Origin: Chloropicon primus
Lineage: Eukaryota
Direction of reading: 5' to 3'
Length of the DNA: 64,000 nucleotides
NCBI GenBank assembly: GCA_023205875.1
Contig: CP060768.1
Coordinates: 434,001 to 498,000, forward strand
Shown here piece after piece: positions 1 to 8,762 of this stretch (its first letter is position 1; each line of letters starts with the position of its first letter). The notes below the pieces were generated by a model that searched no databases, had not been told where the DNA came from, and worked only from the letters and a program-made list of their open reading frames with translations. Made by a program: the position numbers and the translations under genes.

Positions 1-326
1 GTCGTCGTCGTCGTCGCTGGGGGTGGCGCCACCATTTCATCAACGACCTCCTCCCCGTGGGGTGCCCACGACGGCTCTCCCGCCTCGAGGTCCTCGCCCA
101 ATGCCTCCTCGACCGTGTCAACGTCTTTCTCCGGCGCCTCCGCGACACCGCTCACAACTGGCGCCTCCTCGGCCCCCTCCAGCTCCGGCAACGAGGGTCC
201 CAGGCCCAGGCCGTTCAATTCCTCCGACGACTCCAGCATCTGCTCACGTGAGGGGAAACAACATTTTGCGAGGAGGAGAAAAAAAACGTTCGTTCAGTCG
301 CCGACACACACACACACACACACACA

Positions 327-376
<50 letters not shown>

Positions 377-729
377 TCTCCAGCTCCAAGTCGCCTCTCG
401 CTTACCTCAAAGTCAATATCAAGCTCCGCCTCAAGCTCGTCTATCATCCTCTTCAGTTCTGCATTCTCCCTCTCCGCGATGCGAAGCCTCTCCAGCTGAG
501 CTTCCAGCTGTTCGTCCATCGTCGCCTGCACGTCCTTCTTCCCCGTCTCGCGGTCCATCCCCGTCGCCCTGAGTCGCATGCTTCGGCACAGCTTCCTCAA
601 GCAGACGGAAGAGAACGGAAGACCTCCTCGCTCCTGCTTCATTAAACTCCGCCTGGAGGAAGTGCTCCCCCTCGCCGACGCCGTGACGCATCGAGGCGTA
701 CCTCTCTTCCACAACACCTGCTTGCTCAT
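1..729 (-). CDS. Hypothetical coiled-coil protein, partial (runs off the left edge); intron ~240-405
   Basis: ATG at 729 (MSKQVLWK...) and a coiled-coil segment EQLEAQLERLRIAERENAELKRMIDELEAEL. GTAAG donor ~405, CAG acceptor ~240, intron with CA/CT microsatellites; the frame continues as MLESSEEL... to the edge. Confidence 0.6.
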
Positions 730-1008
730 CTCCTTCACAGCAACCAGCCACGTGATCCCATCATCATCATCATCACAGACCCACCCCCCCAAAAAAAAAC
801 AAAAAACGCAAAGTCTCAGGGTCTCCCATCCTCCTCACGACGCCATTCCCTCCGAGTGAGGTGTCATTCGAAAGAGGATGAGACAAATCATGCGATGGTG
901 ACGCCTTCCTTCCCCCCTATCGTCCCCCTCGTCGCTGAGAACGACCTCGAACGTACCTCGTGCGCGCTCCTTTCGCTTCCCGCCACACAAGATCTCTAGA
1001 CCACAGGA

Positions 1009-1860
1009 TTGTTGGAGGTTTTCCCCTGTTGGTGGGATTCCAGTGTATACCAGTTTGGTCACACCCAAAGGACAACCCACAAAACGTTTTCTCGTTCTCA
1101 CTTGCTGGACAAGGCACTGGTAAAAAAACTAGCCTCGCGAGAGGAAGGGAGGAGGACGCCGAGTGAAACCCTAGCAGTCATGGCGCGATCAGGGAAGCGC
1201 CGTAAGAAAAAGGAGAAGCAGGGGAGTGGCTCGACGAGTTCCACAAGGAGGTCGCACTCTGGCGAGAGTCATGCTCAGGGCGCTTCGAAGTCGGGGCAGG
1301 AGTCTCCGACGACGGAGCCGTTACGTCGGTTCTGGAATCAGGGCTTGCAGTTGCTCTACTCGTTGTGCCTGCTTCCTATCGCGGACGACCCCGCCTCTGC
1401 GGGTGAGGGTTCGAGCACGCCTCGCAAGAAGCGGGGGCGGAAGCGGAAGGAGAAGCCGCTGGACGACCCCGCCTCTGCTTTCGAGGAGGGTTCGAGCACG
1501 CCTCGCAAGAAGCGGGGGGGGAAGCGGAAGGGGAAGCCGCCGGAGGCGGCTTCCTCTGCGGGTGAGAGTTCGAGCTCGTCAGGCAAGCCTCGCAAGAAGC
1601 CTCGCAAGAAGGGCAAGAAGAAGAACAAGAAGAAGGGTAAGAAGAAGAAGAACAAGAGGGGGAAGAAAGCAGGGAAGCAGCCGGGTGGCTTGGCGGACGA
1701 CAGCGTGAAGAAGACCTGGTTCTCATCGATCAAGAGAGAACTTGAAGAGGTAAAGTGTCCGAAGACGGGATGGAGGTCGTGCTTGAACCTTCCAGAAGAT
1801 TCTGTGGTATCCGTCGAGACATTGCAGTCGCCCGCCAAAAGGAAGAGGGGCAGAAACTGA
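1009..1860 (+). CDS. Lys/Arg-rich ORF with NLS-like repeats; probable N-terminal part of the Fanzor protein, out of frame by -1 (first ATG at 1180)
   Basis: Repeats of STPRKKRGRKRK, a poly-K tract and KKTWFSSIK; overlaps the Fanzor ORF by ~100 nt in a different frame. Confidence 0.5.
   Translation: MLEVFPCWWDSSVYQFGHTQRTTHKTFSRSHLLDKALVKKLASREEGRRTPSETLAVMARSGKRRKKKEKQGSGSTSSTRRSHSGESHAQGASKSGQESPTTEPLRRFWNQGLQLLYSLCLLPIADDPASAGEGSSTPRKKRGRKRKEKPLDDPASAFEEGSSTPRKKRGGKRKGKPPEAASSAGESSSSSGKPRKKPRKKGKKKNKKKGKKKKNKRGKKAGKQPGGLADDSVKKTWFSSIKRELEEVKCPKTGWRSCLNLPEDSVVSVETLQSPAKRKRGRN
1382..1610 (+). repeat. About three ~78-81 bp in-frame direct repeats
   Basis: Unit GGACGACCCCGCCTCTGC...GGGTTCGAGCACGCCTCGCAAGAAGCGGGG... 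at ~1383 and ~1461, with a degenerate third copy at ~1542. Confidence 0.85.
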
Positions 1861-3347
1861 AGACCTCCAAGCTATTGTCGGAGCGAACGGTGATACGGAC
1901 GAGGAAGCTGAGGATGCGCTTGAACCCTGAGCAGGCGAAGTGCCTTTGCAACTGGATGGGAGCTGCGCGTTTCACATACAACAAGTGTTTGGAGGCGGTC
2001 AAGAAGGAGGGTTTTCCGCTGGTTTGGACCGTCCTGCTGGACAGATTTGTGACGGCCAAACCGCGACGCCCTGAGGTCTTTGAGGGGCTGGAGAAAGAGC
2101 TGAAAGAAATCCAATGCTCTCCACGGCCATGGACAAAACAGGAGGCAGAGCTTTTCGCGGCCAGAGAGAAGAGACTCGAGAGCCAAATTGGAGGCAGACG
2201 ATTTCGCGCCGAAGTGGCCAAGGACCGGGACTACGTTAGCGGGGCCTTTGTAAATCAGAAGCATCCTTGGCTGAAGGATACCCCCTGTGCCATCAGACAA
2301 GCTGCCGTGCGAAGTCTCATCAAGGCATGGGATTCGAACATCGCGAAGCAGGAAGCGATGAAGGAGCGCGGCGAGGAGAAGGGGCACCGCTTCGTTCTCA
2401 AGTATCGTCAACGTCAGCAACCGAGCTCTTGGACCATTGAAATTGATGCAAGAGAGTTAAAGAACGTGGAGACGATCGAAAGGCCAAACACGAGGCACAA
2501 GGATGACACCAAGCACAACAAACGACGCAAGTGGACCAAGCTGGAGGTGTTCAAGAAGAAGATGGCCGGCGGGCCCCTGTACTTGACGGAGGAGATCCCC
2601 GGGGGCAAGATCGAGGGTGCCGTGAAGATCACAAGAAATCGCCTTGGGCAGTTCCACATGCACATTCCCATCGCGACGCCATGGGATCGCCTGCCACCCC
2701 TGAAGCCTGAGAACAAGCGGAAGGTTGTCGCCCTGGATCCGGGAGTCAGGACCTTTCAGACGTCGTACTCGCCGCAAGAAGGCGTCGGGGAGTATGCCAC
2801 GGGCGAGCGAGGCTTCGCGAGGCTGTTCAACCTCTGCTGGAGGATTGATGAGATCATTTCCGAGCGCAAAGACCCAAAGGTGAAGCTCCCTTACCTCGAC
2901 CGCCGCGACTTGAAGAGACAGCAATACGCCTGCATGGAGAAACTTCGAGGTCTGACGAACGAGCTTCACAAAAAGGTAGCCAACGATCTATGCAGGAGGT
3001 TCGACACAATCCTCCTCCCGGAGTTCAAGTCCCAAGACATGGTGAAGAAGAACAACAACGGGAGACGCCGAGTGATCAGGAAGAAGACGGCTCGCACGCT
3101 CTTGACGTTGAGGCACTATGCGTTCAGAACGTTCTTGGCTTCCAAGGTGCTCTTGCACGGCAGTGAGCTGGCGATCGTGACGGAGGAGTACACCTCCAAG
3201 ACCTGTGGCAGGTGCGGACACATCAAGGACAACCTGGGTGGAGCAGAGGTGTACAAGTGCCAGAAGTGTGGCTTCAAGTGCGGTCGGGATGTGAACGGGG
3301 CACGCAACGTCCTCCTGAAGCACTTGCGTCAACCAAAAAGTGTGTAA
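1755..3347 (+). CDS. Fanzor2 / IS607-family TnpB-like RNA-guided DNA endonuclease
   Basis: N-terminal OrfB HTH-like RTRKLRMRLNPEQ...WMGAARFTYN; RuvC-I KVVALDPGVRTF; RuvC-II FDTILLPEF with the rearranged Glu in VTEEYTSKTC; zinc ribbon CGRC...CQKC; RuvC-III RDVNGARN. Confidence 0.93.
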   Translation: MSEDGMEVVLEPSRRFCGIRRDIAVARQKEEGQKLKTSKLLSERTVIRTRKLRMRLNPEQAKCLCNWMGAARFTYNKCLEAVKKEGFPLVWTVLLDRFVTAKPRRPEVFEGLEKELKEIQCSPRPWTKQEAELFAAREKRLESQIGGRRFRAEVAKDRDYVSGAFVNQKHPWLKDTPCAIRQAAVRSLIKAWDSNIAKQEAMKERGEEKGHRFVLKYRQRQQPSSWTIEIDARELKNVETIERPNTRHKDDTKHNKRRKWTKLEVFKKKMAGGPLYLTEEIPGGKIEGAVKITRNRLGQFHMHIPIATPWDRLPPLKPENKRKVVALDPGVRTFQTSYSPQEGVGEYATGERGFARLFNLCWRIDEIISERKDPKVKLPYLDRRDLKRQQYACMEKLRGLTNELHKKVANDLCRRFDTILLPEFKSQDMVKKNNNGRRRVIRKKTARTLLTLRHYAFRTFLASKVLLHGSELAIVTEEYTSKTCGRCGHIKDNLGGAEVYKCQKCGFKCGRDVNGARNVLLKHLRQPKSV

Positions 3348-3520
3348 CTCCTCAGGGTTGCACATACGTTTGTTAGTACGGGCTGCCGTGCGTGGGCGGA
3401 AGTATTCGTTCATGTACGGTGGAATGGTCGTGGTAGGGCCGAATTACCCTGCCGAGAAACTTACAAACTCGGTGAAACGACCTTTGCAGAAAACTAACAG
3501 GTAAGTAGGGGCCGGACGGT
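3340..3520 (+). ncRNA. Fanzor omegaRNA: scaffold to ~3500, predicted guide from ~3501; the 5' end may overlap the ORF
   Basis: Conserved with the second copy up to AAAACTA(A/G)C(A/G)G, then abruptly divergent. 18-bp G-U-rich stem at 3383-3422; GGTCGT/ACGACC pairing (3426-3431/3477-3482); TTTGTTAGT/ACTAACAGG pairing (3369-3377/3493-3501). Confidence 0.8.
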
Positions 3521-3938
3521 TCTCTCTTTCAGTGGAAAGGAGAACTTGCCTTTGTGCTTCCAGTATTGACTGTGATTTTCCTACCGTCCTTTCGTGACTT
3601 TTCTGTGTGCTGTTTTTGATCTGATGTCTGAACACCATAACAAGGATTTTCAACCCTCCTAACAGAAATTTGAAATTTGAAATCGATCCCCCCCCCAAAA
3701 TCCAAAATAGGTTTTCATTCTCTGCTCTGCTCGTCGGGGTCGGCCAAGAGAGGGAAGCTTTGGTGAGGGTTTTGAGTCCGAGGACGATACGTGAGGCTCC
3801 AAAGGGCGAGGTCTCGTGAAAGATTGTCTCGTGGGCTTTCGTTCGACACCTCATTTTCTCGATTTGGTGACCGGAGTGCGTCGGTGGACGGGGCGTTGTT
3901 GGCGAAAGACCACCACCTGACCTGAGGAGAGGGAAGCC

Positions 3939-4385
3939 ATGACGATCAAGTTTATCTTGCTCGTGAACAAGCAGGGCCAAACGAGGCTCGCCAAGTACAC
4001 GGATGAGTTCCTGACGGTGGACGAGAGGACGATGCTGGAGGGGGAGATCGTGAGGAAGTGCCTGAGCAGGACAGAAAGGCAGTGCTCTATCGTTCAGCAC
4101 AGGAACTATAAAGTGATTTACCGGAGGTATGCTTCCCTTTTCTTCCTCGTGGGCGTGGACGAGGAGGAGAACGAGCTCGCCATCATGGAGTTCATTCATT
4201 GCGTGGTGGAGACCATGGACAGGTATTTCGGGAACGTGTGCGAGTTGGACATCATGTTCCACATAGAAAAGGCTCACTACTTGCTGGACGAGATGCTTGT
4301 GAACGGCACCATTCTGGACACAAACAGGTCGAATATTTTGACCCCGCTTCAGATGCTCGACAAGGCCCAGCAGTCCTCTTCCTGA
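3939..4385 (+). CDS. AP4S1: AP-4 complex subunit sigma
   Basis: IKFILLVNKQGQTRLAKY, YRRYASLFF, ENELAIMEFIH, FGNVCELDIMFH. Confidence 0.92.
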   Translation: MTIKFILLVNKQGQTRLAKYTDEFLTVDERTMLEGEIVRKCLSRTERQCSIVQHRNYKVIYRRYASLFFLVGVDEEENELAIMEFIHCVVETMDRYFGNVCELDIMFHIEKAHYLLDEMLVNGTILDTNRSNILTPLQMLDKAQQSSS

Positions 4386-5274
4386 GGTGGACCCGCCCAA
4401 GACTGAACAGTTTTAGCGCGGCGCGAAGGCACTGGCGATGATGACGGCGGCCGCAGGAGACGTCCGTGTGGTTCCGTTTGGCTTCGACGACGCGGAAGGG
4501 GAGGCGGGAAAGGGCCCGAGGGTGTGAAGGCGAGAGGGTACGTACATAAATGCAAATGTATTCCATTACTTATATTAGGGTCTCAATCGCCATTCTCAGG
4601 AAGAGCAATCCGTTCGTTTTCATTTTTATTTCTGTCACGCGTGCTTGCTGGAATCTAAATACTCCTCTGTCTCTTTTGCCCGGCGGCATCCCCTTCGGTT
4701 CTATTGTCTGCTGACGCAAGCAGTCCAGTGTCCCAAATTGGTCTTCACACCGACTGAAGAGGGAGCTTGTCCTTGTCCTCACAACACGAAATTACACCTA
4801 CGGACCAAGCCCCCCCCCTGCTCGACACCAGTTGCTTCCCCGCTTCCGCGGCTTCGGACTACACTAAACAAAAAACGAACACCGCAACGGAAGCAAGCGG
4901 AAGGCAAACAGAAACCGAAGCACCAAGTCTTGACCTATCCCGAGAGACCTGCATCCTGCAAAGCCAGAAAACTTGCTGGATGTGGGACAAAAAAGAGCAA
5001 AGACAGCCACAGATCGTAAATTCCCTCTCCTCCTCTACCACCACCGCCGCCAAACAACACACGCGCGCATTCATTCGTTTTGCTCTCCGCCGACTAGACG
5101 AATGCCACCCACCCTCATTCTTCCAAGGACCCCCCGCCTCGCCTCCAATAAGCTACTCCAACATGCTGATTTCAATCCCCTCACCCCCAAAACCCAGAAG
5201 TGCGCCGCAAGACCCACCCGCTCGCAAGCGAGAACAAGCGCGCAAGATTTCCTCCGTCACCACAGAGGAGTTTC

Positions 5275-6324
5275 TCAGAAACCTTTGAACAAGCTTTGCT
5301 CCTCTTCTGAGAGGTTGTCTGTGTGCTCCATGGGTGGAATGTCGTCATAGTTGTCGAACTGAGAGGTGTCATCAGGACCTGCGACCTGAGGCTTGATCGG
5401 GGCGGAGATGGTCTTGTTTACCAGCTGCGTCCAGTCAATGCCGTTGAACCAAGGGTGCATCTTAATATCTCTTGCGGCACCTTTCAAGTTTCCAAAACGC
5501 TTCGTGAGGTCAGGCTGAAGGAGCTTCTTGATCAAATCCCTACTAGACCTCGTGAAGTGCGATGGAAATTCAGGTTTGCTATGTAGAATCTTCTGGTACG
5601 TTCCCATTGGGTCGTCGTCATAAAACGGTGGGTAACCGGCAAGCATCTCGTAAATAAGAACTCCCAAGGCCCACCAGTCTACGGGCTTACCGTGACCCTT
5701 GTTCAAGATAACCTCTGGCGCCAGGTAGTCAGGGGTACCGCACAGTGTGTACGTACGGTGCTCAATCTGCTTCGCGAACCCGAAATCTGTCACCTTGATG
5801 TGTCCATCACGATCAAGGAGCAAGTTCTCCGGCTTCAGATCACGGTAAATGATGTCCCTCGAGTGCAAGTACTCGAACACCAACAGAACCTCAGCGGCGT
5901 AAATCTTAGCAGCGCTCTCCTTCAGCCTTCCACTCATTCGCAAGTGCGTGAAGAACTCACCGCCCACAATATATTCCATCACCAAGTACACGCAGTCCTT
6001 GTCCTGGAAGGTACCCAGCAGATTCACAACGAAAGGGAAGTTCACTGCTTTCAATATGTCTTTCTCTGCCTTTATATGCAAGACCTGCTTGGTCTTGATC
6101 ACAAGCGCCTTGGACAGGATCTTAATGGCGCAATTTGTTTTTGTAGCCTTGTGCTTGGCGAACACCACGCGTCCGAAACTTCCAGTACCAAGGATACGAT
6201 CTACTGCGAAGTCATCGATAGCCGTGCATGGCTCAAGCTTAATCTTCTCCACGACAGAGAAGGGAGGAACCTCGCTTTGCCTCCTAGGATTGTTCTTTTC
6301 TTTGTGGAACACGTTCTTAAACAT
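5275..6324 (-). CDS. cAMP-dependent protein kinase catalytic subunit (PKA-C-like)
   Basis: GTGSFGRV, YRDLKPEN, DFGFAK, RTYTLCGTPDYLAPE, GHGKPVDWW and a C-terminal FKGF; ATG at 6324. Confidence 0.93.
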   Translation of the reverse strand: MFKNVFHKEKNNPRRQSEVPPFSVVEKIKLEPCTAIDDFAVDRILGTGSFGRVVFAKHKATKTNCAIKILSKALVIKTKQVLHIKAEKDILKAVNFPFVVNLLGTFQDKDCVYLVMEYIVGGEFFTHLRMSGRLKESAAKIYAAEVLLVFEYLHSRDIIYRDLKPENLLLDRDGHIKVTDFGFAKQIEHRTYTLCGTPDYLAPEVILNKGHGKPVDWWALGVLIYEMLAGYPPFYDDDPMGTYQKILHSKPEFPSHFTRSSRDLIKKLLQPDLTKRFGNLKGAARDIKMHPWFNGIDWTQLVNKTISAPIKPQVAGPDDTSQFDNYDDIPPMEHTDNLSEEEQSLFKGF

Positions 6325-8762
6325 GACGAAGTGTTCCAATTGTTTCTTCTCTACTCCAAACTTCTATCAAACTTCTAATTCCTACCAAGTCACAAGAACA
6401 TGCCCGAATATCTTCCCAGACGGCAGACGACGCGAAAACGAAGCAGAAAAGATTCAGTAAGGCTGCCACCAAGCACGGAGACAACTCCACGGTGCGGGCA
6501 CCCGCTCCCACAAGCGTTCTCTCTCCCTCCCTCTCTCAAGTATATTTTCTTTCTTCCCACATATCGCGAGAAAACACTCTTGTGGGTCGCCCACCAGCAG
6601 CAAGACTGGTGACCCCTCGTTCCGCCTTCCAGGCTCGTCACTCACCTCTCTTATACCTCAAGAGTCCTAAAACACCCCCCCACACACGCAATAGTCCTTT
6701 CCTGAAGCACTCTTTGACGAGAAAGCACCGAACGAAAGAAGGCTTGTTGTCTGGGAGAGTCTTCCCTCCTGCTCCCAGTGCTTCCCTCGCGAAAAAAGAC
6801 GTTCTCCACCCGAGTCTCCCTCGGCACGACAACTCCTTTGCCTGTTTCTGTAGGTCTCCTCTCGAGTTGGAACAAACAAACTCTTGTATTGGTTTGCCAA
6901 GTGTTCCTACACCGAGACTCGAACAAAACCCACAACACAAGGGCTTCCTAGCGCGGTATCCTTCCTCCACACAGCAACGCACAACAAGGAGGCGACCACC
7001 CCTCACTTAATTCCGCTCCAGTGTGTTCCCGGTCACTCCTCCGTGGCTTGGCAAATGTTGTGGGTGCCAAGATTCGATCTTTCGCCTCCCTCTCGGTCTA
7101 AACCTTTGACTCCGCGGACGACTTGTCTCGTCCAAGTCCTCCAAAAGCCACGAAGCCACGCGGTTGCGTTGACTGTTGTCGCAGTTCCTAATTGACACGC
7201 TCCGCACGTCTCCCTGTTGACCACGCCTCGGCTTCTTCGCAACCCTTGGACAAGGCTTTGTTCTTGGTCCGCAGCCAAAAACAACCTTTCTAGGTTTCTC
7301 TTTGTCCTCCTCGTCTCCGGGTCTTCGGGTCTCTCCTCTTTCCTGTTCTCTCTGTATTCCTCAAGGTAATCAAGAGGAGAGGACAGGAGAGGAGAGGGCA
7401 CGCGAGAACAACGAGTACGAGAGGGAGAGAGAGAGGGAGAGAGAGAGAGAAGCGACAGAAAACAAACCCCAATCAAGATTCAATCAACACGGAACAAGAA
7501 CAAGAACAAGAACAAGAACAAGAACAAGAACAAGAACAAGAACAAGACTTCTTTCTTCTTCTTCTTCTTCTTCTTCTTCCTCAAGGCGAAGCAAAGGAAG
7601 GAGGAGGAAGACGAGTTCAGCACTAGGAGGGGGGGAGGAAACCGGTGGAGGACGATCAAGCAAGGATCGAGTAGTTAGGCCCAGACTACTCGACTTGTAA
7701 GCCTCAAAGTCTCCTGCAATGCGATGCGATGCGATGATATAATTGTTGTAAGAAGAAGCAAGAAAGGGGTTATGGTTTTGTAATGACAGGGCAGTCCCAT
7801 CGCTCAAGGAACGACAGCAAGAACAACACCGCTTGCCTACTGCAACTTCGTTCGAAAAACGTGTCCATGAACCATACTAGGGAGGAGGATGGAACGCGTT
7901 TGAAGGAAAACAAAGACAGGTCTTCTCCAAGATTCCCTCTGATGTTCTCTGCTGGATCACTCCACGGCAGAGAGGGAGGTCTCCACAGTAGATATTCTTT
8001 TGTGGAGTAATTCTTGAGAACGAAAACGAAAACGAGAACGAGAGAGACAGAGACAGAGACAGAGTCCTCCTTTTTTCTTACCTTTTTTTTTCCCAGGGAG
8101 GAGGAGAACAAGTCAACGTCACCAAAAGATTTTCTTTACACAGAAAAAACGACACACACCTCTCTTGGCCCCCCTCCCTCCCCCTCTCCTCCCCCTCTCC
8201 TCCCCCTCTCCCCCTCTCCTCCTCCTCCTCCTCCTCCTCCCTTTCCCGGCAGTTTTTCAGTTTTGCCCATGGAGCTGGCGACAGTCGAAGCGCCTCGAGG
8301 AGAAGAGAGGGAGGCGTCCTGGACCGCGCGGTGTTGGTTCCTGATAGAGAATTAGCCAAATAGGAGGCGCCCTCGGTGAGTCTCACCGAGCGCCAAGGAC
8401 TAGAACACCCCAAGCGAGAAAAAGTTTTCAAGCTGAGATCCCAAACGCCGCTGCAGGGTCCTGGCGCTTCCTCCACTCGATCCCATCCTGCGTGCTCCTG
8501 TCCCAGCGGTGGCAACTCTCAACTCGCCCGATGATGACGACAAAGGCCGAACTTAGTTGTGCGATGAAGACAACAACTTTAGAGAAAAGGTATACAACAA
8601 GTCTTGAGGGTGTATAGTTTTTATCTCCATCCTGAGGGTCGCCTGCTACACACACGAGGGGAAGAACATTGCATGTGTTTCACCACACATACAATGCAAC
8701 ACATACACACACGAATCAAAGTCTCTCTCTCTCCCTCCTGCCCTTGCCCTCGCGTGCCGCTT

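Larger units (their letters stand above)
990..3500 (+). mobile_element. Fanzor-carrying IS607-like element without its own recognisable transposase; left end uncertain
   Basis: Right end defined by the homology breakpoint with copy 2; left end only guessed from the edge of the host intergenic region. Confidence 0.6.

Noticed and set aside
1166..1175. AAACCCTAG telo-box-like promoter motif (also ~30262)
   Set aside because: Short motif, also present inside a CDS (~19638); function cannot be supported from sequence alone.
990..3500. Terminal inverted repeats or target-site duplication for the Fanzor element
   Set aside because: None found by eye; IS607-type elements normally lack them. The left end remains undefined.
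3501..3520. A target of either predicted guide elsewhere in the window
   Set aside because: No match noticed; an exhaustive search needs computation.
7490..7580. Microsatellites (ACAAGA, CTT, CA, CT, GTC runs here and throughout)
   Set aside because: Ubiquitous simple repeats in introns and UTRs of this genome.
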